DNA from: Cenarchaeum sp.
GTDB taxonomy: Archaea; Thermoproteota; Nitrososphaeria; Nitrososphaerales; Nitrosopumilaceae
DNA length: 64,000 nt
NCBI GenBank assembly: GCA_963692915.1
Contig: OY843584.1
Span: forward strand, 1,536,001-1,600,000
Direction of reading: 5' to 3'
The notes beneath the pieces are model-generated. The model did no database searches. It had not been told where the DNA came from and saw only the letters and a program-made list of their open reading frames with translations. Each line of letters begins with the position of its first letter. Position 1 is the first letter of the stretch. Shown one piece after another: positions 50,393 to 59,294 of the stretch. Made by a program: the position numbers and the translations under genes.

Positions 50393-50644
50393 ATGACAGG
50401 CGTGGCGGATCCAACATGTCCATTTTGTAATGTGCTTTTGGCCAACAACCCTATCAACATGACATCTCGATGTCCTGATTGTCTGCGGTATTACACGTAT
50501 GAGACTGTCGGCATTGATAGCCGTTTTGGCGGTCGGTTCGTAAACAAAATACGACAAATTACATTTTCCCAAATATTGCATGGTGCTGCAGCCGGATTTG
50601 GTATTATCGTGGGAGCGTTGGCATTATATGCTGTTTTTGGTTAA
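50393..50644 (+). CDS. Small zinc-finger membrane protein
   Basis: CPFC...CPDC and C-terminal TM GAAAGFGIIVGALALYAVFG; ATAAATA box upstream. Confidence 0.65.
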   Translation: MTGVADPTCPFCNVLLANNPINMTSRCPDCLRYYTYETVGIDSRFGGRFVNKIRQITFSQILHGAAAGFGIIVGALALYAVFG

Positions 50645-50804
50645 TCAGTCCATCATTATGTGCTTATTCTCATTAGTTCAATAATTGTGCAGATATCTAA
50701 TGTCTTTTCATGCAGATGTGCCAGGATTGTTATATTTAATTTGCAATTCAGTCCCGATGACACTATTCATGGTCGTCTCACCTATAACAAGTCTGCTGCA
50801 CATT

Positions 50805-52031
50805 TTATTCATCCCAATACTGGTCCACCATTTCTTGGAGCTTTTTTGCTAGCGTTGTTTCTGGAACAATCTCTCCTTGACGTATTGATATGGTTTCGGG
50901 ACGGCCCCTGAGTCGAATAATCACAACTTCTGAATGTTCGGGCATATTTTTGCGAACATATTCTCGGAACCTTTCAGTACGTGTCTCCACGTCATTCAAA
51001 TAGTCAAACCCAACTGCGAGCACATACACTGTTGGAGTATTTGTCTCTCTTAATGCTTCAATTTGACTTTTCTTTTCAAACAACTTTTCCCACTCTTTTC
51101 TAAAGTCTATGCGCTCGAATGATTGTGGGCATGCTGCAACAATTGTATCATGCGCATAGACTTCAGCCATATACTTGGTACTCTCAAACTCAAATCCCAG
51201 ATCAGCTACTTTTTTTGTTGGGTTGATTTTTGGCTCTATCTCTACCTTTTGAAAATATTCTGGAGCTATTGCGAGTATCTTCATCTCTGCTATCGCCGTC
51301 ATAAAATTGTCGTGTAGTTTCTGGGCATAGTCGCATCTTTGTTTATCATTACAGAATTCCCACGTCTTCTTGCAAACAGAGTCTATATACTGCATATGTT
51401 TCTTGTATGGGTCGTTGTTTTTAAAATGCTCGCTTAGCACTTGAACAAACGAATTTGTGTTTTCTTTGTCGAGGCCTTCTTTCACAATTAACAATCTGTA
51501 CATATTTGGATAGCGATCTTTTACCCATTCCCAAAATTTTGGATTGTTTGTCATAATCTGTCTATGCAGCACAATGCGGGAAATATGTCCAACTAGGGAG
51601 TTGTATTTATTTGGTGTGTGTATAATGCCCATCTCGAGTGATTTTGCACTTGCCACCCTGTCAGTTATTCTAGTGATCTGCTCTTCGTTGGGTTCTATGG
51701 CGCTCTTGAACTCGTTGTTGTGAGTATGTTGCTTCTTTAGCACTCTGAGATACATCAAGAGCGTCATCTCTACTAGGTCTGTCTGCTCCATTATCTCATC
51801 ATCCTGTCCTTCCAGCCAGTCAAACAGCTCGACATGTTTTCCCTCGTTCAACAGCTCTACTGCCTTGTTGGCAAGCTTTTGCACTCGCCCCTCCTCTTTG
51901 AGGCCTTTTGTTTGTTCATAGCGAGAAACTGCCCACGTGTAATAATCATATTTCACCACTGCTATGGGATATCTGCTTCCTGGCATTGTGCTCATGCTGC
52001 ACCCAAAGTTAGGGCGTTCTATATAACTCAT
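50805..52031 (-). CDS. Helical N-terminus + restriction-endonuclease-like (PD-(D/E)xK-like) domain, paralogue of 59985-61319
   Basis: AIAEMKI...VEIEPKI...KVADL...YMAEVY...KKSQI; AT-rich. Confidence 0.65.
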   Translation of the reverse strand: MSYIERPNFGCSMSTMPGSRYPIAVVKYDYYTWAVSRYEQTKGLKEEGRVQKLANKAVELLNEGKHVELFDWLEGQDDEIMEQTDLVEMTLLMYLRVLKKQHTHNNEFKSAIEPNEEQITRITDRVASAKSLEMGIIHTPNKYNSLVGHISRIVLHRQIMTNNPKFWEWVKDRYPNMYRLLIVKEGLDKENTNSFVQVLSEHFKNNDPYKKHMQYIDSVCKKTWEFCNDKQRCDYAQKLHDNFMTAIAEMKILAIAPEYFQKVEIEPKINPTKKVADLGFEFESTKYMAEVYAHDTIVAACPQSFERIDFRKEWEKLFEKKSQIEALRETNTPTVYVLAVGFDYLNDVETRTERFREYVRKNMPEHSEVVIIRLRGRPETISIRQGEIVPETTLAKKLQEMVDQYWDE

Positions 52032-52045
52032 TCTTGTTTTTGATG

Positions 52046-52158
52046 GTATGAGGTCAGCACCTCTGCCTGCTCATGCCTAGACAGGCGCTGAAGTGGCAAG
52101 TAGATCGACAGGATCACGCCTATTTGGCCAAATGAGCAGAAGGGTGCTGACCTCATAC
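52046..52158. mobile_element. 113-bp MITE derived from an IS66-family element
   Basis: Perfect 16-bp TIR GTATGAGGTCAGCACC / GGTGCTGACCTCATAC; perfect 8-bp TSD TTTTGATG on both sides. Confidence 0.92.
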
Positions 52159-52314
52159 TTTTGATGAATGAGTGTGTGTTTTACCGGGAGTCGATAAGAG
52201 TGGTTTTCGGATGTGCACGTACCCGCAGTTCTGCGGAATCTGGAATATGTGCCCTAGGGGTTCGGATGCGCGTGCCTAGCCGTTTATCCAATAGTCCCAC
52301 ACCATGACATCTCC

Positions 52315-52776
52315 TCAGGACGACGTGAGCGCATGGTACCTGCGGTGTGTGCCAATCCGGGCGACAATTCGCCATAGCGCTGCCAGGACGCGTCTGTTTG
52401 CAAACCTGCCAAGCCTGTGCGCAAGCCTTGCCATTGTCGGCACACTCCTGTAGAGGCTGGCATCCAGCGAGACGGCACGGCCAAAGGAGCCGAGCGCCTC
52501 GCGATACCGGCCAAGGGCGAGCAGGTCATACCCCATGCAAAGGCGCGTGAGCGCATCGTGGGGGCGCAGGCAGATGGCATGTTCAAGACACGGCAGCGCC
52601 TCGGCGTATCGCCCCTGCAGATACAGGAGAATGCCCATGTCCCTTGGGTCTGCGGGGGTGTGCTGTCTTTGTGGTGTGGGCGTGGGCTGTTTTGATGCCT
52701 GGGTGATGAGCGCAATGACGGCGATAATTCCGACTCCCTTGAAAAAGTCGCCCAATGCGTCATCTAGCTGACCCAT
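52315..52776 (-). CDS. Small membrane-anchored TPR protein, copy 1
   Basis: MGQLDDALGDFFKGVGIIAVIALIT + 2 TPRs; CTTAAAT box upstream. Confidence 0.8.
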   Translation of the reverse strand: MGQLDDALGDFFKGVGIIAVIALITQASKQPTPTPQRQHTPADPRDMGILLYLQGRYAEALPCLEHAICLRPHDALTRLCMGYDLLALGRYREALGSFGRAVSLDASLYRSVPTMARLAHRLGRFANRRVLAALWRIVARIGTHRRYHALTSS

Positions 52777-52863
52777 GGGTCTCCTTGGGGGTCTTTGCCC
52801 ATTTAAGCATTGGTTTGGATCCTGGCCTTTGGGGTTCTCAGAGGCCACATCTGAGATTTTGGC

Positions 52864-54333
52864 TTATGTGCACAAAAATCGTGCACTGACCCATGGGCGC
52901 TTTGTGTATATTTTGCTAAAAATCTCCTCCATGGCAAAATCTTTAAAACAATAATTTAGCACATCGCTTTGGGACACGTGTATTCCGAGCGACTCTAGCG
53001 TGTTCTGCATGTTGGGATTAGGATCAATCACGCACAGTTTATTGTTGTCCGCGGCAATCTTGATACAATCTAGCAGTTGGTTATTGGCCACATCGCTAAA
53101 ACTATAGCCTGCAACGATAACAAGATCTGCACTTGTAATGTCACGTTGAAACTGCAGGAATATATCTTTGTGTGCGGGATTTTTTTTAATGCCATAATAA
53201 ATAAGAAGTTTATGATCCAGCGTGGCAATGGGATGTTTTAGAAATTTTGAACGTAATGTTTTACGAACATTCCTAGATGAACTGCGCCAACTCTGAACAA
53301 AATCTTTGATTTCTTTGAGCTTCTTGGAATCGATAAAAGTTTCTCCCTTTTTTAACGACCAGTTGACGCTGCCATGGAGTTTAAGCAGGAGAAATTGTTC
53401 ATTGTTTGTGTGTCCATGGTCAAATCCACAATAACATCCATTAATAAATCCATCATAATATGTACAGTTATGCATTTGTGCAAATGATTCGATAACAAGA
53501 TCATAGTTTGTTGTTGCAATGGTCAATGATATATTTTTCCTATCCAAATGCCAGAAAAAATTTTCGTAATTCAATAGTGGCGGTATGCCATGCTCAGACC
53601 ATGAACGGGGATTGAATACTAGACAACGAGAATAGACAAATCTCTCAATCAGCTGACGCACTGCGCCAATTGTTAAATATAAACAGCACATATCTGCAGA
53701 ATGCTCAAGAAAGCAACTTTTGGCATGCATCACTCTAGCATCTTGCGGATGGTGCGTTGAGTGCCGTGTGATCATTCGGCTCGTAAAAGCTTGCATGTCT
53801 TTTTTTCTAGACGCAGGAGTGACACTGTTCAATATTTTATGGATGTTATCTATGCAGGCACTGTAAGATCGGGTGATAGACTTGCACAACTCTGTCCGGT
53901 CAGGGTCTTTCAGCTTGGCACTAGAGTCTTTTATGCAGAGCCCGTGCTGATGTTCCCTGACCACGTCCTGCAGTTTATCTAGTGTCATAAAGAGATCTTC
54001 GATTGTCTGATTGCCATGATCAAAACACAGTATGCCCAATAGATTGTTGATGGTTATAATATGTTCGTGATCATGCTCACATAATTTTACACCATGAGAA
54101 AATTCCTTAATTTGCGTGTCATCGAGGCACATTTCTTGGAGCTTATCGACAAATCCACTGCTTGTTGGAACTAGAGGCGAGGAAACGCCGGCTCCGACAA
54201 ACAACACTACTCGTTTTTTTGCTGGCGCGGGGGCTTTGACACCATTCTGACCCGTTCCGGACTCTCTGCACGCCTCGCTGTTTGGGTCTACTGTGTCGCC
54301 TCGCTCGTCGTTTGGAGTTGGCCTCTTTTTCAT
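52864..54333 (-). CDS. SIR2-like (SIR2_2) domain protein, putative defence NADase
   Basis: VLFVGAGVS, IATTNYDLVIE, LLKLHGSVNW, VAGYSFSD. Confidence 0.85.
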   Translation of the reverse strand: MKKRPTPNDERGDTVDPNSEACRESGTGQNGVKAPAPAKKRVVLFVGAGVSSPLVPTSSGFVDKLQEMCLDDTQIKEFSHGVKLCEHDHEHIITINNLLGILCFDHGNQTIEDLFMTLDKLQDVVREHQHGLCIKDSSAKLKDPDRTELCKSITRSYSACIDNIHKILNSVTPASRKKDMQAFTSRMITRHSTHHPQDARVMHAKSCFLEHSADMCCLYLTIGAVRQLIERFVYSRCLVFNPRSWSEHGIPPLLNYENFFWHLDRKNISLTIATTNYDLVIESFAQMHNCTYYDGFINGCYCGFDHGHTNNEQFLLLKLHGSVNWSLKKGETFIDSKKLKEIKDFVQSWRSSSRNVRKTLRSKFLKHPIATLDHKLLIYYGIKKNPAHKDIFLQFQRDITSADLVIVAGYSFSDVANNQLLDCIKIAADNNKLCVIDPNPNMQNTLESLGIHVSQSDVLNYCFKDFAMEEIFSKIYTKRPWVSARFLCT

Positions 54334-54399
54334 ACCGTCATCTCCATCGACACTTGCAATAATGCCTCGAACTTAAAAGTTATGAAACATTCCGCCGCC

Positions 54400-54734
54400 T
54401 GTTTTATACGGAAAGGGGCACTACCCGTTCGTGTCTTTCCCCGTCCACCACGGGTTCCCGGCCCTGACCCTCCCGTCGGCCCTCCGCCTCCTGAAGGCCA
54501 GCAGGGGCGTCTCTCCGGTCTCCACATCGAGGGCAAAGTGGAGCCTCTCCTCGCTGTGGAGCCCGATGAACTCGGCGACCCCGCCAAAGTGGCCGATCTC
54601 CGCCTCGAGCGTCTGGAAGAGCCTCCCGGCCTTGCCGTTGGTCTGGAGGGTGCCGGACCCGCCGGCCTTCCGGGGGCTCGGGATCTGCGCCCGGCAAGCC
54701 GTCTTGCCCCCGCTCCTACTTTTCGTACAAGGCA
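54400..54734 (-). mobile_element. Internally deleted IS481-family element carrying the transposase C-terminal remnant
   Basis: Frameshifted GRVRHP/QTNGKAGRLFQTLEAE...EFI...ERLHFALD...ETPL matches the integrase-core HPQTNGK.ERF motif; imperfect TIRs TGTTTTATACGGAAAG (54400) and TGCCTTGTACGAAAAG (54734, minus strand). Confidence 0.75.
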
Positions 54735-54819
54735 CCGGCGGGGGTCGCATCAATCTCAGAGTTGATGCCCCGCCTCATTCTCACTAAACATTTAACCCCC
54801 CCGCACCCCAATCCCCGCC

Positions 54820-55470
54820 ATGCAGTGGTTTGGGGTCATTTTCCTCCTAATTCTGTTTGTGGGCCTGGTCGGGCTCGTGGCACTGCCCGCCATGCCAAAC
54901 AGCGCCATCACCACCACCGTCTATACCATTCTAGGAATACACACAAACCCCGCACCGGTTACGTCACCACCGCCGGCACTAACGGCACCAGATCCCACAC
55001 CGTCACCACAGACACCGGCACCGTCGCCCCCCACACCCTCAATGGCACCCGATCCAACACCGGCACCACCGGCACCGTCGCCCACCACACCACCGGCACC
55101 CGTCCTAGATACAAAACCACTGCCTCCACAACAGTTTACCATACACCCAAAGTTTAAGCCGTTTGCAGAGCTTGAGCCAAAACACTACATTGATCGCTAT
55201 AACAACGAGCCGTCTTACAAACAGTGGTTTGATCAAAACTTCCCCAACATCACAATACAACAAGCTCTAGGATACGAGTCATACACACCAACACCGGCAC
55301 CCGCCACACCACCAACACCGGCACCACCTACACCCGAGCCCACACCAGCACAAACAGACAATAGCGCAATATGTGATCAGCTAGTGGCGCAGTTGTTTAA
55401 CATCAACATAACACAAGATGAGATTAAACAATTAGAGATAGACCTAACAGCAAACAACTGCGGGAGCTAG
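54820..55470 (+). CDS. Pro/Thr-rich membrane-anchored surface protein
   Basis: N-terminal TM, PTP-rich linkers, HYIDRYNNEPSYKQWFDQNFP module of the kind seen in Nitrosopumilaceae surface proteins. Confidence 0.75.
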   Translation: MQWFGVIFLLILFVGLVGLVALPAMPNSAITTTVYTILGIHTNPAPVTSPPPALTAPDPTPSPQTPAPSPPTPSMAPDPTPAPPAPSPTTPPAPVLDTKPLPPQQFTIHPKFKPFAELEPKHYIDRYNNEPSYKQWFDQNFPNITIQQALGYESYTPTPAPATPPTPAPPTPEPTPAQTDNSAICDQLVAQLFNINITQDEIKQLEIDLTANNCGS

Positions 55471-56225
55471 AAACCTAGATCCACTCTATCAAAAAACCCA
55501 TTTTCTGCAAGGTGCTCTAGATGATACTTAAAGTCAATATCCGCCACTCCCCTAGCGTTACCCCACTTGTCGGTAAAGTCTCGTGTAATAGTCTCTGCGT
55601 TTCTATACGTCTCATCATCTGGACGGTTTCCATCACTCACAATATCAAAATTTATTATTCCAGCTGTGTGGAAATACTTTATCACTTTTCCAAAATCGTC
55701 AGTTGATATTATTCCCATGCCGTGAATTTGAGCCACACTCCTGATTAACATCTTGTGCCTGTGCTCTGGAAACAAGTCATCTACCGCCCTGACCGTTACC
55801 ACATGATCTGGTGCAAGCGTCACCTGCCCCGCGTCATCTGTCGCGCGACATGACACAATATGCGTGCCGTCTCCCAAATGCCAACTACCATAACTACCGC
55901 CCCCGTACCCGCGACTTCCTACAATCTCCTGCGTGTCGCCATTTATGGTGCAATGAATCTGAGTCTCCTCCACACCGTCATCAAAAACAACAAACTCCCT
56001 TCTGTCTATGCCATACCCATACTCAGCATCTCTAGCAGTAACAGACACGTCCGGCGGTGATTTTAGTATCAATGGGGGCAGATCCACCGGCACGTTGTCC
56101 CCCTTAGCTTGCGGTACGCCGTCAGCCTCTTGAGCCATGGCGGTGGGAGCCGCCACAATAAGCCCCAGAACGGCAATAAGCGCAATAGGCACCGAATTCA
56201 ACGACAGCCCCCCAAAATGGGGCAT
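55467..56225 (-). CDS. Secreted protein with HYR/Ig-like domain
   Basis: Signal peptide ending AMAQE; PPDVSVTA...GDGTHIVSCRATDDAGQ. Confidence 0.7.
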   Translation of the reverse strand: MPHFGGLSLNSVPIALIAVLGLIVAAPTAMAQEADGVPQAKGDNVPVDLPPLILKSPPDVSVTARDAEYGYGIDRREFVVFDDGVEETQIHCTINGDTQEIVGSRGYGGGSYGSWHLGDGTHIVSCRATDDAGQVTLAPDHVVTVRAVDDLFPEHRHKMLIRSVAQIHGMGIISTDDFGKVIKYFHTAGIINFDIVSDGNRPDDETYRNAETITRDFTDKWGNARGVADIDFKYHLEHLAENGFFDRVDLGF

Positions 56226-56286
56226 ATTTAAGCGAAACACGCCACACCCTACGGCGTGGCGGAACAGGGGGCGGAAACCCATCAAT

Positions 56287-56520
56287 CTACATATTGGTCC
56301 TTCGGAGCCTGCTGATCTCATCGCGCACGCTTTTCTCATAATCATCGCGAGTCGTCCTTTTCATCGTAACCAACGTCCCCGCCTGCCCCGGATCCCGATT
56401 ATTATTCTCGTCCCACCATCGCATAGCCATCTTTACGATGTAGTCCTCAAGACCACTCGTGTAATTTTCAAGGATATACACCCTATTCTCAAGGCGGTCA
56501 TACTTCTCGTCAGTGCTCAC
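56287..56520 (-). CDS. Small coiled-coil protein, similar to 63749-63979
   Basis: RLENRVYILENYTSGLEDYIVK; TTCAAATA box upstream. Confidence 0.65.
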   Translation of the reverse strand: MSTDEKYDRLENRVYILENYTSGLEDYIVKMAMRWWDENNNRDPGQAGTLVTMKRTTRDDYEKSVRDEISRLRRTNM

Positions 56521-56567
56521 GCGACGGCGTGGGGAATTTGGGTATTTGAAGTGTTGGGGCGCCCCCC

Positions 56568-56660
56568 GTATGGGGTCAGCACCTAGACCGCACGCATGAC
56601 CTCGGCCATCACGCCCTTCCCCTGCCTAGGCATGAACGGGTGGAGGTGCTGACCTCATAC
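56568..56660. mobile_element. 93-bp IS66-derived MITE
   Basis: TIRs GTATGGGGTCAGCACCT / AGGTGCTGACCTCATAC; no TSD visible. Confidence 0.85.
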
Positions 56661-56710
56661 AGCCAGAATTGGATGATGACATATATAGCTGGAGCCAGTA
56701 CTTGGATCAA

Positions 56711-56953
56711 ATGGCAAAAAGCGGACGGGGAAATAGCGCTGCGAACAATCGTTCCAACTCTATGAACCCAAACAACTCAGCATACGCTGCTTCGCAGGCA
56801 AACACAGCAAGCCAAACAGCGTCCTCGGGGGGACACGGCGGCATAAATGCGTCACGTAACGCGAGTGCGGATTCCCAGAATCCAAACAACCCCAAGTATG
56901 CGGCGTCTGAGGCAAATCGTGCCAAGCAACTCTCAGAGAACAGCGAGGACTAG
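56711..56953 (+). CDS. Asn/Ser/Ala-rich NPNN-repeat mini-protein, copy 2
   Basis: Near-identical to 41901-42143, including promoter and terminator. Confidence 0.8.
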   Translation: MAKSGRGNSAANNRSNSMNPNNSAYAASQANTASQTASSGGHGGINASRNASADSQNPNNPKYAASEANRAKQLSENSED

Positions 56954-57152
56954 AGTCTGGCAAGTATGGAAAACCCGTGGTCGGCCTGATGTGACCGGCC
57001 ATTTTTTTTTATTTTTGAAGGGCTTTGTCAATGAATGTGTTTCATGCGTTTCTGATCTCCAGCTCCCACGGTTGCAACACCGAACACACACAACCAATAG
57101 AGTGGCGTCATGCAGTCCCTGCGAGGCGCCGAAAATATGGCATCTATCACAC

Positions 57153-57941
57153 TCAACACGTACACGTTCCGCGCTCGCGCACGCGTTCACGCACGTGCGC
57201 AAATACCAGCTTGAGCATCTTTTTTTCGTACAGCCTACTGCCGTGCATGACACGGGCGGCAAACTCGTCATCCGTGTCGTCGAGCTCGAGATCACGCAGG
57301 GCAAACGTCGTGGCCTGGAGCCATCGAGATCCCCGCCCCCGAGCCAAGTCCACAAATATCTCAAATGCACCAGGCATTTGCCCAAACGGATCAATGGTGT
57401 CCTTTATGCCATCGGTATCGTAGATGTCAATGCTCATGTCAGTTGAGAACGCGCCATTCTCCAGAAAGTTGAACTCGTAGTGCAGCGGAACCCCCAATGC
57501 CTTGGCAATGTAGGCATGCTTTTGCAACTTGTTCTGCGCCTCAAAGGTGGTGAGGAGATCGCCCTCTAGAAGGCCTGCCTGCTGCAGACGCTCGATCAGG
57601 CTGGCCAGCATTACAATGTTGCTTGGTTGCTCCAACGCAACGACTTTGGCGGTGGCCGGCTCCGGCATAGACGATTGCGCGTCATTCACGCCGTCCCTTA
57701 TGGTAGCGAACAGTGACTCGACCTCTTTTTGCTCCATTGCGAGGAGCCCCACAATTGGCACACAAAAGTCCGCATTGTGTGCCAAAGTAATGGCATTGGC
57801 ATACATGAAATTACCTGTGCTGCGCATATTTTCACCATTGCCCAATTGTGCGCCTTTTAGGATGGGGGACTTGCAAAAGTGCCGTACGTATTGTTGCCCA
57901 CTAGACGATCTCCGCCGCATACGCCTGTCCTTGGGAGACAT
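57153..57941 (-). CDS. N-terminally extended YwgA/SocA(Panacea)-like protein, paralogue 3 of 3
   Basis: KLQKHAYIAKALG..LHYEFNFLENGAFS; C-terminus almost identical to 34974-35459; TTTAATA box upstream. Confidence 0.65.
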   Translation of the reverse strand: MSPKDRRMRRRSSSGQQYVRHFCKSPILKGAQLGNGENMRSTGNFMYANAITLAHNADFCVPIVGLLAMEQKEVESLFATIRDGVNDAQSSMPEPATAKVVALEQPSNIVMLASLIERLQQAGLLEGDLLTTFEAQNKLQKHAYIAKALGVPLHYEFNFLENGAFSTDMSIDIYDTDGIKDTIDPFGQMPGAFEIFVDLARGRGSRWLQATTFALRDLELDDTDDEFAARVMHGSRLYEKKMLKLVFAHVRERVRERGTCTC

Positions 57942-57990
57942 GGGTCAAAATAATGGCCATTTGCTATTAAATATTTGTTGAAAACCGCGG

Positions 57991-58027
57991 GTATGGAGCC
58001 GACACCTAGACCGCACGCATGACCTCC
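57991..58027 (-). mobile_element. IS66-derived right-end remnant
   Basis: gtatggagccgacacctagaccgcacgcatgacctcc matches the 56568 end. Confidence 0.7.
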
Positions 58028-58099
58028 ACGATCCCTCCCGGCGACGGTAAACCTCGTGACCTGGAGCCCACTCTGGAGGTAATCGCAATCAGTGTTGCC

Positions 58100-58366
58100 C
58101 TATACCCTGTCTACGGTATATCGGCCGGGGTTGTCCTTTTTCATCTGCTTTTGCCGATCCGAAAGTTGGGCATCGCCGGTCTTTACCTCGTGATACCCGT
58201 CCTTGACGCCGTTCCTGCAGCCCTTGGCATAAAAGTCCGAGCCATCGCCTGTTGGCTCCACGCTCTCACAATTGTCCCTGAGGCGCTTTTCAACCTGCCT
58301 CTCGCCCTCTTTGCCGCGTTCGCTGTTCTCTCTGATGGTGCGTTTCTTATCACGCGCTGATGACAT
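58100..58366 (-). CDS. Minimal PD-(D/E)xK nuclease-like protein (88 aa)
   Basis: RGKEGE...TGDGSDF...YHEVKTG..QLS..Q; TTAATATA box upstream. Confidence 0.7.
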   Translation of the reverse strand: MSSARDKKRTIRENSERGKEGERQVEKRLRDNCESVEPTGDGSDFYAKGCRNGVKDGYHEVKTGDAQLSDRQKQMKKDNPGRYTVDRV

Positions 58367-58570
58367 GGGCAGATATGCGACCATTCTATATATTAACCTA
58401 CCTCAGATGGCGTGCCTGGCCACGCGTCCAAAACGTGTCTTGCAAGGGGAGAATTGATGTGTCTGGCATACTCGGCTCCCATCCTCTATCTGGGTTCGCG
58501 CAGAGTCTATTACGACCGTGAGCGCCTTTGGCTGGCAGTTGCTGAAAGATGGAAGCTTGAGGTCTCCGCA

Positions 58571-58684
58571 GTATGAGGCCAGCACCTAGGCCGTGCGCAT
58601 GACCTCCTCGGCCACGCCCTTCCTCACGGTCTTCCACGCGAGGAAGCACGTCAGGATGGGCGGACAGGTGCGCTGACCTCATGC
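58571..58684. mobile_element. 114-bp IS66-derived MITE retaining the last transposase codons
   Basis: TIRs gtatgaggccagcacc / ggtgcgctgacctcatgc; minus strand reads LTCFLAWKTVRKGVAEEVMRTA*. Confidence 0.85.
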
Positions 58685-58717
58685 CTGTTGGCCTGTCAAC
58701 GATTTAAATAATCAACC

Positions 58718-59281
58718 TTGGCTAACGCGTCTGTGAAAGAGCGATCTGGATATAACTGGGAGGACATATTGTCCACACGCTCAGCCAAGCGTGCCAAGAT
58801 GTTCATACAATCTGCTTTTGAGCGTAAACCTGACAGGATTATGCCTTTTGATGCAAAAGAAGCCAATTCCATGCTCGCGTACGCTATCAAACAAGCCTCA
58901 AAGAGCCCAAACAGTGTTGGCGAGCACATTCATCTGGGACTCCTCCTGACCTATGTTGGATATTACCGGAGGGCCGTTGAGGCCTTTGATCAGGTGATTG
59001 AGCTTGATCCCGATTATGCAGATGCTCATTCTTATCGCGGCACTGCTTTTTTCGAGCTGGGTTGCGACTCGGCCGCGCTTGCCGCATTCGAGCGTGCCAT
59101 ACGGGCATCCCACGGCAGCAATGCTGCTTATTTTAATCTGGCTTTGGCCTTGGCTCTTCTTGACCGCACACCTGACGCCAAAGAACGGCTACAATCCATG
59201 CTTTCGAACAAGCCACGCGATACCGCCTTGTTATTTCTTCAATGTGATATCCGTCGTGCAATGGAAATTCGAGGATGGTGA
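58718..59281 (+). CDS. TPR repeat protein
   Basis: About 3-4 TPRs (AVEAFDQVIELDPDYADAHSYRG); TTTAAATA box upstream. Confidence 0.85.
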   Translation: MANASVKERSGYNWEDILSTRSAKRAKMFIQSAFERKPDRIMPFDAKEANSMLAYAIKQASKSPNSVGEHIHLGLLLTYVGYYRRAVEAFDQVIELDPDYADAHSYRGTAFFELGCDSAALAAFERAIRASHGSNAAYFNLALALALLDRTPDAKERLQSMLSNKPRDTALLFLQCDIRRAMEIRGW

Positions 59282-59294
59282 ATCTGATCTGGGG

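Noticed and set aside
54421-54753. 110-aa ORF as an independent gene
   Set aside because: It is the frameshifted C-terminal remnant of an IS481-like transposase
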